The notes under the pieces: model-generated
What the model saw: the letters and a program-made list of their open reading frames with translations, nothing else
Databases searched by the model: none
Told to the model about the DNA's origin: nothing
Translations under genes and position numbers: made by a program
Shown here: positions 52,450-60,280 of the stretch, piece by piece
Numbering within the stretch: the stretch's first letter is position 1
Layout of the letters: the number at the start of each line of letters is the position of its first letter
Assembly: GCA_049523135.1 (NCBI GenBank)
Contig: JBEKNE010000001.1
Span: 542,809-606,808, forward strand
Origin: Candidatus Microgenomates bacterium
Lineage (GTDB): Bacteria > Patescibacteriota > Microgenomatia > UBA8517
Reading direction: 5' to 3'
DNA: 64,000 bases

Positions 52450-53220
52450 TTATTTTAGAGGCAATTTATCTAAGACCAACCGTAAATCGTTTGGAAGCTC
52501 CGAAGAATATTTAACTCCCTTCCCCGTTTCAGGATGAATAAATTTGATTGATGCAGCATGCAAGAAAAGCCTTGGGCACCATTTTCTGTCATTTCTGGCA
52601 GTCTTTCTTCCCGCGTAAAACTCATCGGCAACTATCGCGTGACCGATATATTTCGCATGAATTCTAATCTGGTGAGTTCTACCTGTCTTTGGGTAAAATT
52701 CAACTAGGGAGTGTCCGGCATTATTCCCGGGATAGAAATTAAGAACTTTATAAAGCGACTTTGATTCACGCCCACCGGCGAAAACCCCAAACCTATCGCG
52801 CCGCCAAGGAAGGCGTCCGACGGTCACATTAATTTCCCCTTCGGTTGGCTCAACTTTGCCGTGAAGAAGTGCTATATAGGTTTTTTCCACTTCGCGGTTT
52901 TTAAACTCAAGCTGAAGCTTCTCAAAAGCTTCCTTTGTTTTGGCAATAAGAAGAATTCCGCTCGTTTCTTTATCAAGCCTGTGAACTATTCCGTCACGGT
53001 ATTCACTATTCCCCTTCAAGAGATAATCAAAATTCTCACGGATCCAAGTCTGGACGGTTGGTTGGTCTTTGATAGTATCCGCATCATTAGTAATCCAGCC
53101 ACTGGGTTTATCGACAACAAAGAAAGAGTCATCTTGAAAGATAATTTTAGGTTCCATAAAGACATTAAATATCCAAATAAGCAAATATGCAAATGCCACA
53201 AATAAATTCCAAATAATCAA
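52450..53220 (-). CDS. RluA-family pseudouridine synthase
   Basis: HRLDKETSGILLIAKT contains the catalytic Asp motif. Confidence 0.75.
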   Translation of the reverse strand: MIIWNLFVAFAYLLIWIFNVFMEPKIIFQDDSFFVVDKPSGWITNDADTIKDQPTVQTWIRENFDYLLKGNSEYRDGIVHRLDKETSGILLIAKTKEAFEKLQLEFKNREVEKTYIALLHGKVEPTEGEINVTVGRLPWRRDRFGVFAGGRESKSLYKVLNFYPGNNAGHSLVEFYPKTGRTHQIRIHAKYIGHAIVADEFYAGRKTARNDRKWCPRLFLHAASIKFIHPETGKGVKYSSELPNDLRLVLDKLPLK

Positions 53221-53253
53221 GGATCGGGTTATTCGCAGAATTGTTTATTGAAG

Positions 53254-53634
53254 CTATTTTTCTCGTTTAGCCGCATCCCTTGCACAAAGAGTTGCCGTGG
53301 GGTTGGCAATAAGGCGTTCCGTATCAATCATCTTTCCACATTCTTCACAAATTCCATATTTTCCAAGTTTAATTTGAGTTAAAGCTTTTCTGATATCAAT
53401 AATACTTCTCGTAAGTTCTTTTCTAAGAGCCGAGGTTCTGGCATGACCGAATTGCTCATCCGCTTCGGTATCCGGAGCCGCATTGTCATCTACACGACTT
53501 GTATCGGCAAAGGGATCTTCTTTTGAAAGTTCTTTTCTCCTTTTTTCCAGAGTATGGAGTCTTGCCGTTAAAAAGTTGGCAACGGGCTGCAGGACACTTG
53601 CCGGAAATGCCGGTGTTGATTTTTTGTCTTTCAT
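53254..53634 (-). CDS. DksA/TraR-family C4 zinc-finger protein
   Basis: CEECGKMIDTERLIANPTATLCARDAAKR. Confidence 0.7.
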   Translation of the reverse strand: MKDKKSTPAFPASVLQPVANFLTARLHTLEKRRKELSKEDPFADTSRVDDNAAPDTEADEQFGHARTSALRKELTRSIIDIRKALTQIKLGKYGICEECGKMIDTERLIANPTATLCARDAAKREK

Positions 53635-54251
53635 TTTTTAATTCTCCCTAAATCAAAAAGCAGTAGAAAACAGATAAAAGCCATTACCCCTGAGACGATG
53701 GCTTCGCTTTTACCTACAAAGGATATCATAGGGACTTGTGTAGTAGCAAGGACAGATCTGATCAAAAATATAATCGCCGTAGTGGATAATCCCGCAAAGC
53801 CCACCTTGCCTGAACGATACCAAGTAAAACTTCTATAGTGCATATCAAGCCAGTAGGAAAGAAAAAGCATTAAAAGCATTGCGGCAAAAGCCAAAAAGGA
53901 AATTAAAGACGAATTTACCACTGCGTCGCTAAAAAACATTAAGGCGAGAATGGGCATCAGAGCCAAGGTAAGTGCCTCCAAAGTTTCATAAAATTTCAAT
54001 TTAAATTTCAAAAGCATCAGAAGCATCCCGATAACGGCACCCAAGAAAGATGTCCAGAAAAACCAGTTAGGGAAAAACATTCTGGACAATATCCACCCCA
54101 TTCCTAAACCAATTAGTATTGCTGCACCCGACTGGAAAATAATCCCGGATGAAAAATCTTCCTTAAGACGCTTCCAGAAAATGAAAAGAAATATAAGAAT
54201 TCCTAAGATAACAACCAAAATGTTGACTAGCATAAGGTTATTATATAACAT
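53631..54251 (-). CDS. Hypothetical polytopic membrane protein (start trimmed to the internal Met to avoid antisense overlap)
   Basis: Multiple TM helices; the track ORF extends to 54419 but would overlap the + strand gene. Confidence 0.4.
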   Translation of the reverse strand: MLYNNLMLVNILVVILGILIFLFIFWKRLKEDFSSGIIFQSGAAILIGLGMGWILSRMFFPNWFFWTSFLGAVIGMLLMLLKFKLKFYETLEALTLALMPILALMFFSDAVVNSSLISFLAFAAMLLMLFLSYWLDMHYRSFTWYRSGKVGFAGLSTTAIIFLIRSVLATTQVPMISFVGKSEAIVSGVMAFICFLLLFDLGRIKK

Positions 54252-54260
54252 GTTTTCACA

Positions 54261-54731
54261 ATGCTTGAAACACCCCATGTGTTTGTCGGCGCTGCGATTG
54301 CAGTAGCAATCCCCAATCCTCTCATTGCAGTCCCGTTGGCTTTCGCCAGCCATTTTATTCTTGAAATGGTTCCTCATTGGAATCCGCATCTCAATACCGA
54401 AACCAAAAAATTCGGCCAACCGACCAGAAGAAGTACTTTTATTACTACAGTTGATTCAACTTTAGCCCTAGCCTCCGGGTCTTTTATTGCCTATCAAGCA
54501 CTTCCCGATATCCCGCACGCAATAACAATTTTAGTTTGTTGCTTTGCCTCGGTACTTCCCGATGTTATGGAGGGACCATACTTTTTCCTACATATGAAGA
54601 ATGGTTTTATTAAAAAGTGGATTGCATTCCAAAAGTCCGTTCAAAGCGATACGGGACCGGTCTTGGGACTTCTAACCCAAGCTTTAGTTATTTTAGCAGC
54701 CATTCTTTGGCTGAAAAATCAAATAATCTAG
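54261..54731 (+). CDS. Hypothetical membrane protein
   Basis: His-rich TM helices (ASHFILEMVPHWNPH). Confidence 0.35.
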   Translation: MLETPHVFVGAAIAVAIPNPLIAVPLAFASHFILEMVPHWNPHLNTETKKFGQPTRRSTFITTVDSTLALASGSFIAYQALPDIPHAITILVCCFASVLPDVMEGPYFFLHMKNGFIKKWIAFQKSVQSDTGPVLGLLTQALVILAAILWLKNQII

Positions 54732-54769
54732 CTTCATTTGTGTTAAAATAACGAAGTCTATTATAACAA

Positions 54770-54855
54770 GCCGGGGTGCTGAAATGGTATACAGGATGGT
54801 CTCAAAAACCATTGGGGTTTAAAGCCCCGTGGAGGTTCGACTCCTCTCCCCGGCA
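54770..54855 (+). tRNA. tRNA-Leu (anticodon CAA), type II with long variable arm; no encoded CCA
   Basis: Manual cloverleaf: acceptor GCCGGGG/CCCCGGC, 3-bp D stem, anticodon stem ATGGT/ACCAT with loop CTCAAAA (U33, CAA), variable arm GGGG-tttaaag-CCCC, T-arm GGAGG-TTCGACT-CCTCT, discriminator A. Confidence 0.85.
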
Positions 54856-54979
54856 CACAGAAAATTTTGTTTTGATGGTGATTCAGTTCTATCCATTTTC
54901 CGTCTGATGAGTGGCGATAACACCCATCCGCGACAATACAGTCGGGGAAGTTAAGTACAAACTTTTTAAGATATAACTG

Positions 54980-55849
54980 CTATACTCCAATTTTCCAAAC
55001 ACCCCTTTCTCTAAAAGCTGGAATCGATTGTCTTTTGGCAGAATTAAAAACTCCAGAGCCCTGTAATTTATTTACTTTAACATATTCAGACAATGTAATT
55101 ATTTTGAGTCCTTTCATATAAGCTATCCGTTTATTTAAAGACTCGGTTAGGGCTTTACTAATTATTTTAGTCATCAATTTTGTACTTTTAGTTTTGTTAA
55201 ATTCATTAAAGCTGAGGTAATATTCAAGCTTTTCTTTATTTTTGACGATGATTTTTGGAAAACCTAAACTTGAAAGTTGGAAATTTATTAAAATTCTGCC
55301 GATTCTTCCATTTCCATCATTGAAGGGATGAATCGATTCAAACCCGAGATGAAACTCAGCAATTTTATCCAAGAAATATTTTGTCTGGTCACTTGAATAA
55401 TCTATTAACAAATCATTAATCAAACTCTCAACTTTTTCGGGTGAAGCACCTATGTGTGTTCCAATACGGACATATTCTTGTCCTCCTCTGAATCTTCCCG
55501 AAATTTTGTCGTTAATATTATCAAGAAGCATTTTATGAAGAAATAAAATCAATTCAATATTTAAATCAGTTTTTTCTTTGTTTCTTAGATACCCAAAAAT
55601 TCGAGCTAAGTTTTTAGCCTCAAAAACTTCCCTCAAACTTACATCGCGGGAAACCTCCATTTCCATCAAGATTTTCTCGGTTTCTTTAAGGGTAAGGGTT
55701 GAGTTCTCAATTGCATTACTGTTATAAACACTTTCTGCAATTTCCGCTTCATCGATTAAGCCAAGCAGCGAAGCTTTACCGGGCTTTAATTGATCAAACT
55801 CTCTTTTTAACTCGTCAATTTTGGCTTTTGTAGTAAATCCAACTGTCAT
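54980..55849 (-). CDS. fic: Fic-family protein (AMPylator / death-on-curing family)
   Basis: HPFNDGNGRIGR is the canonical Fic motif HPFx[DE]GNGR. Confidence 0.85.
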   Translation of the reverse strand: MTVGFTTKAKIDELKREFDQLKPGKASLLGLIDEAEIAESVYNSNAIENSTLTLKETEKILMEMEVSRDVSLREVFEAKNLARIFGYLRNKEKTDLNIELILFLHKMLLDNINDKISGRFRGGQEYVRIGTHIGASPEKVESLINDLLIDYSSDQTKYFLDKIAEFHLGFESIHPFNDGNGRIGRILINFQLSSLGFPKIIVKNKEKLEYYLSFNEFNKTKSTKLMTKIISKALTESLNKRIAYMKGLKIITLSEYVKVNKLQGSGVFNSAKRQSIPAFRERGVWKIGV

Positions 55850-55855
55850 AGTAGT

Positions 55856-55884
55856 ATTATATCATTTTCACTCGTTTTTGTCAA
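55856..55884 (-). promoter_or_regulatory. Perfect-consensus sigma70 promoter (TTGACA-17-TATAAT) immediately upstream of fic; predicts a leaderless or near-leaderless mRNA
   Basis: Minus strand reads TTGACA aaaacgagtgaaaatga TATAAT actact ATG (-35 at 55884-55879, -10 at 55861-55856, ATG at 55849). Confidence 0.5.
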
Positions 55885-55887
55885 ATA

Positions 55888-55925
55888 TACGTGAATATAT
55901 CTCCAAAAACACTCAAATTCACGTA
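55888..55925. promoter_or_regulatory. Inverted repeat TACGTGAAT-N20-ATTCACGTA just upstream of the fic promoter (candidate operator)
   Basis: 9-bp perfect inverted repeat arms at 55888-55896 and 55917-55925. Confidence 0.35.
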
Positions 55926-56388
55926 TAATAGAACCCAAAGTAAGTTGGATCTAGAATATGTTAGATATGGTTCATAAACTGATAAAAAGTAGTATCGTCG
56001 AACAGCCTGGAATGCACCAGATCAGAAGAGAGATGAAGTGATTTTTGTACGCACAAGCGTAAAAAACTGTTCATGATAATTCACCTCCCTTCATAAATCT
56101 GGAAATAGCGGTTATTAGAACTGACTTTTCTTGAGGATCAATCCTTGAGGTTAGGTAGGTTCGAACATCGTCCCAGATGGTGCACCAAGTGTTATACCCT
56201 CAGTCTCAAACGTACAGATTGACTGATATGTCGAGCCTATTTGAATTTTTCTAATAAGTACTGTTACTAAACTCGGCCTACGGTTTTGTTAATTAGCTTC
56301 AAAAAATATTCAACTCGCTCTGGTGTAATTAATTGGCGAAGAGTAACTCTTGACAACATATGGTACAACATGTTATAGTACTTTCAAT

Positions 56389-56655
56389 ATGTTAAAGACT
56401 TACTTATATCTTCCAGAACAATTGGATCAAAAAATCTACCTTGTTGCTCAAACCCAAAACAAAAGCAAGGCGGAAGTAATTCGTCTTGCCTTAGAGAAAG
56501 GTATCAATGCAGTCGGCCAACAAGGAACTGCTTCTGCACTGATTCTTCTTAAACTTGCTGGTCTGGGCAAGCAGTATGGCTTAAAAGGACCAAAAGATAG
56601 TTCTGTAAGGATTGATGAGCTTTTGTGGGGAAAAGATTGGAGTAAAGATGAATAA
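56389..56655 (+). CDS. vapB: Ribbon-helix-helix antitoxin (VapB/CopG-like)
   Basis: MLKTYLYLPEQLDQKIYLVAQTQNKSKAEVIRLALEKGI fits an RHH fold; overlaps the downstream PIN gene by 8 nt. Confidence 0.6.
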   Translation: MLKTYLYLPEQLDQKIYLVAQTQNKSKAEVIRLALEKGINAVGQQGTASALILLKLAGLGKQYGLKGPKDSSVRIDELLWGKDWSKDE

Positions 56656-57073
56656 ACCTCCGATTGTCATTGTTGATGCCGATGCCATTATTGCTCAGAC
56701 AAATCCGGATGATATACATCATCAAAAAGCTAGCGCGATTTCACAGAACTTAATTGAAATAAATGCGCAAGTTATTTATCCCGTAATGGCTATTGCGGAA
56801 GCTGCTACCCACATGCAACGAGTGTTAAATAGCACCGCAAGTGCTTACGGAACTGCACAGTTGATGATTGAAGCGGGTGCTCAGGTAGCTGAAGTCAATA
56901 AACAAACCATAGCAACTGCCCTTAAATATTTTAGTCCTACCACAAGCAAGAAAAATACACTTTTTGATTGTCTTGTAGCAGCTGTTGCTCAAGAATATAA
57001 AGCAGATGCGATTTTTTCTTTTGACCGTTTTTACGTAAAAAGGGGGTTTAAGCTAGCAGAAGACTTAAAATAG
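56648..57073 (+). CDS. vapC: PIN-domain toxin (VapC-like)
   Basis: IVIVDADAIIAQ places an Asp in beta1; LFDCLVAAVAQEYKADAIFSFD is a typical PIN C-terminal acidic motif. Confidence 0.65.
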   Translation: MNKPPIVIVDADAIIAQTNPDDIHHQKASAISQNLIEINAQVIYPVMAIAEAATHMQRVLNSTASAYGTAQLMIEAGAQVAEVNKQTIATALKYFSPTTSKKNTLFDCLVAAVAQEYKADAIFSFDRFYVKRGFKLAEDLK

Positions 57074-57233
57074 GCCAACTTTCATAATTTCTTTTATTCT
57101 ATCTTTTTAGCTCAGTTTTTTCGTATAATAACCTTCAGAAAAGCGATCGCCCCAGGATGTAAATGGGTCGATTTCAAGTTCTTTTTGATCTTGGTAGTGT
57201 AGCATTAAATTGTGAATCCAAGGTAAAAAGTGT

Positions 57234-58739
57234 TTGAATAGAAATGCACCCGGGGCATCCACTTCATGCTATTATATTGTTATGTTTTCCAGGCTCATCA
57301 GGTACAAGGAAAGGATACTATCTTCGTTTGTTTACTTAATTCTTTTCCTTTACTCTATTTTTCCTTACAGCGATAAAGACTGGGGCTGGCACTATAGATA
57401 TGGTGAGTATTTGCTTACGCAGGGGAAAATCCTAACACAGGACATCTTTACATGGACTATGCAAGGCATGAAGTGGGCTAATCCTTCGTGGTTATATGAT
57501 CCCCTTCTCTACCTTTTGACTAAAACGGTGGGTTATGTCGGGCTATCAATAATTGGGGCTCTGGTCTTTGTTTCGACTTTTTATATTCTTATTTCAAACT
57601 TCAAACTTTCGTACTGGAAAAAGGCCATTTTGGCTTTTTTCTTTATATTGATAGCTCAGGTAGCAATCGGTGAGGGCCTCAGATCGCAGGTATTAAGTCT
57701 TCTTTTCTTCTCCATATTGATGTCGATTATTATCAAATCACTTAAAAATATAAAGGTAATTTTCTTCCTACCAATACTTTTTTTGCTGTGGGTAAACTTT
57801 CATGGCGACTTCGCCGCCGGACTTGGCATTGCAGGACTTTTCTTGGGAAGTTATTTTCTGATAGATCTCTGGAAAACAAAGAAATTCTCAAGAGAAAAAT
57901 TTCTAACACTGGGTGCTACACTTCTTCTGTCTTTCGCTGTCACATTCATAAACCCATTTGGCTATCACGCTTATCTGGAAGTCCTATCAAATATAGGAAG
58001 CCCTTATATCAAAAATATTCTCGAGTGGTTGCCTATCTATGACAACTGCCCATATTGTCATATCTATATCTTTGCTATTTATTCTTTTACCACACTCCTT
58101 TTATTTGTAAAAAGAAGGAATTTATATGATATTCCTTACATACTCGCTTATTTAATTCTCTTAATACCTACCATTCAAACCAGACGCCTTCTCCCCATAT
58201 TTCTTATAGTTACCATGCCGGTTCTTTGCCAAATCCTGGAAGAAATAGTGTGGAATATTGATCAATTCAAAGTAACTTCTTATGCATTTTTCCTAATAAT
58301 AGTCGTTTGTATCGAGTTTGCTTTTTTTAACAGATATTCCTCAGATGATTTGTATCACTATTCAGAAACCGACTTCGCAAATAACCTTTCGTCATGTTCG
58401 CTTAATGCAGTAAACTATCTGCTTTCCCATCCTCCAAAAGGAAAGGGGTTTAATTTTTATGATTGGGGCGGCTACTTGATCGGAAAGGGTTTACCCGCAA
58501 AAATCTATATCGACGGGCGAAATCTTGCCATGGAGCAGACAGGATATATGCCTTTTTCCGGCTTTATTTCAATGTATTATCAAAACAACTATGATCTATT
58601 TAATAAATACGACTTCGATTGGGTATTCGTGCAAACGAATTCGAATATAGCCAACAAACTTTATTACACAAAAGATTTGGGAAACTGGAAAGTGGAATTT
58701 TCTGATACTAATGCTACTTATTTTGTAAGAATACGATGA
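57234..58739 (+). CDS. Large polytopic membrane protein, possibly GT-C-type glycosyltransferase / polymerase-like
   Basis: 501 aa, more than 10 TM segments, an aromatic-rich periplasmic C-terminal domain; no soluble catalytic motif recognised. Confidence 0.3.
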   Translation: MNRNAPGASTSCYYIVMFSRLIRYKERILSSFVYLILFLYSIFPYSDKDWGWHYRYGEYLLTQGKILTQDIFTWTMQGMKWANPSWLYDPLLYLLTKTVGYVGLSIIGALVFVSTFYILISNFKLSYWKKAILAFFFILIAQVAIGEGLRSQVLSLLFFSILMSIIIKSLKNIKVIFFLPILFLLWVNFHGDFAAGLGIAGLFLGSYFLIDLWKTKKFSREKFLTLGATLLLSFAVTFINPFGYHAYLEVLSNIGSPYIKNILEWLPIYDNCPYCHIYIFAIYSFTTLLLFVKRRNLYDIPYILAYLILLIPTIQTRRLLPIFLIVTMPVLCQILEEIVWNIDQFKVTSYAFFLIIVVCIEFAFFNRYSSDDLYHYSETDFANNLSSCSLNAVNYLLSHPPKGKGFNFYDWGGYLIGKGLPAKIYIDGRNLAMEQTGYMPFSGFISMYYQNNYDLFNKYDFDWVFVQTNSNIANKLYYTKDLGNWKVEFSDTNATYFVRIR

Positions 58740-60280
58740 AAAAAGAAAATATTTTTGCGATATTAATCGCCCTGGTTGTTTTGATTTTTATCAATCTGCC
58801 GATTTTCTATTTCTTTGTCTTTCACCAATCCAATCTGGTCTTTCTTGGAAGAAGATCGCTTAATCCAGAAGATACTTATCCACTCGTATCCCTTATCGAA
58901 CAGGCAAAACAAGGTAAAATTCTTTTTGCAAATTTATATACCTCGGAGGTTCAAATTCCTTCCCTATTTATGCCTTCTTATCTTCTTATCGGGAGTGTGG
59001 CAGCCCTTTTTAACATTTCCTCCATTGCAGCCTTCCAGGGAGCAAGAATAATTTTTTCAATATTATTATTCTTTGTCATATATAAGTTTCTGTATAAATT
59101 TTTTGATAAACCTAACGAAAGATTACTTGCATTTATCATTGTTTTGACTTCTTCCGGATTCGGTTTTCTATTAAACAAAATTGCTTCCGCATCCAGCGAT
59201 CTTTGGATGCCGGGATCCAACACTTTTCTTACCCTTGAAGATGCACCTTATATAATACTATCCCAAATACTGATGATGTCGGGCTTCTATCTTTTTCTTA
59301 ACTTTATCGAAAAGAAAAAAGTTATTTATATAGTCGGCTCATCAATTCTTTTTCTATTTTTATCATTTGAATACCCTTTTAGCATTTTGGTCACCGCTCC
59401 TACAATACTTTTTACCTGCATTTTATCCGGTTTGCCCATCTTTAAATCCGTATTGATATTCCTTGTCAGCTCTTTCGGAATCGTAAACTTTGTAATTGAA
59501 ATGCACAAAGATACCTTCATTAAATTCTGGCAATCGGCAAACATACTACAATCCCCATCCCCAACTTCCTATTTGGCCGGTTATGGTCTTTTAATCATCT
59601 TAGCCTTGGTCGGTATAGAGCAGTTCATGAAAAAAAACCGGATATCGGAAAAATTAATTGTTATTTGGGTTTTTTTCTGCATTGCTCTTTTATACTTACC
59701 CTTCACTTTCCAAGGCAGAATGATAAACGGATTACATATTCCTATTTCTATTCTGGCAACCTGCGGTCTTATAAAAATAATCTCTATGATAAAAAAACCG
59801 TGGTCCAAAGTAGTAATCATAACCTCACTGATAATACTTGCTCTGACTCCGGTTTACTCTGTAGTCAGGGATTTTGAAAATATTGCAAAAGAATCACCTC
59901 AGGTAGATTATTTCTTTATCTCCAAACCGGAAATCCAAGCTTTAAATTGGCTGAAGAATCAGACAAATTCAAATGACATAATTTTGGCAAATTGGACTTA
60001 TGGGAATATTATCCCAGGAATTACCGGTAGGAAAGTTTTCCTGGGTCATCAATTCTGGACTGTTTCATTTGAACAAAAAGTCCAATTAATTAATACTTTA
60101 CTGCTTAATAACAATCCCACTGCCGTCAGTCTTGTCCTAAAGGAAAACGGAATTACATATATATTCCTGGGTATAAATGATTCGATGATCACATATGGCT
60201 TCAAACCTGAATCCGAGCCATTCTTGCAAAAAGTTTATTCCAAAGACGGTGTAAGCATTTATAAAGTAATCCCTTATTAA
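58736..60280 (+). CDS. Large polytopic membrane protein, possibly GT-C-type glycosyltransferase (ArnT/PMT/YfhO-like)
   Basis: 514 aa, more than 10 TM segments plus a C-terminal soluble domain; 4-nt overlap with the upstream gene suggests an operon. Confidence 0.3.
   Translation: MKKENIFAILIALVVLIFINLPIFYFFVFHQSNLVFLGRRSLNPEDTYPLVSLIEQAKQGKILFANLYTSEVQIPSLFMPSYLLIGSVAALFNISSIAAFQGARIIFSILLFFVIYKFLYKFFDKPNERLLAFIIVLTSSGFGFLLNKIASASSDLWMPGSNTFLTLEDAPYIILSQILMMSGFYLFLNFIEKKKVIYIVGSSILFLFLSFEYPFSILVTAPTILFTCILSGLPIFKSVLIFLVSSFGIVNFVIEMHKDTFIKFWQSANILQSPSPTSYLAGYGLLIILALVGIEQFMKKNRISEKLIVIWVFFCIALLYLPFTFQGRMINGLHIPISILATCGLIKIISMIKKPWSKVVIITSLIILALTPVYSVVRDFENIAKESPQVDYFFISKPEIQALNWLKNQTNSNDIILANWTYGNIIPGITGRKVFLGHQFWTVSFEQKVQLINTLLLNNNPTAVSLVLKENGITYIFLGINDSMITYGFKPESEPFLQKVYSKDGVSIYKVIPY

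Noticed and set aside
54856-54979. Hammerhead-ribozyme-like CUGAUGAG box (54904-54911) in the spacer after tRNA-Leu
   Set aside because: No complementary helix II strand follows. No CGAAA/GAAA core segment follows at the right distance. No helix I/III partners were found, so this is a chance occurrence of the heptamer.
56131-56150. Short repeat CTTGAGG x2 upstream of vapB as an operator
   Set aside because: Only 7 nt, direct not inverted, and about 240 nt upstream of the vapB start; insufficient.
56151-56190. tRNA T-loop-like GGTAGGTTCGAACATCG as a possible att repeat or tRNA fragment
   Set aside because: Flanking bases do not form a T-stem and do not match the 3' end of the tRNA-Leu at 54770-54855 beyond GGTTCGA. 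No acceptor-stem complement is present.
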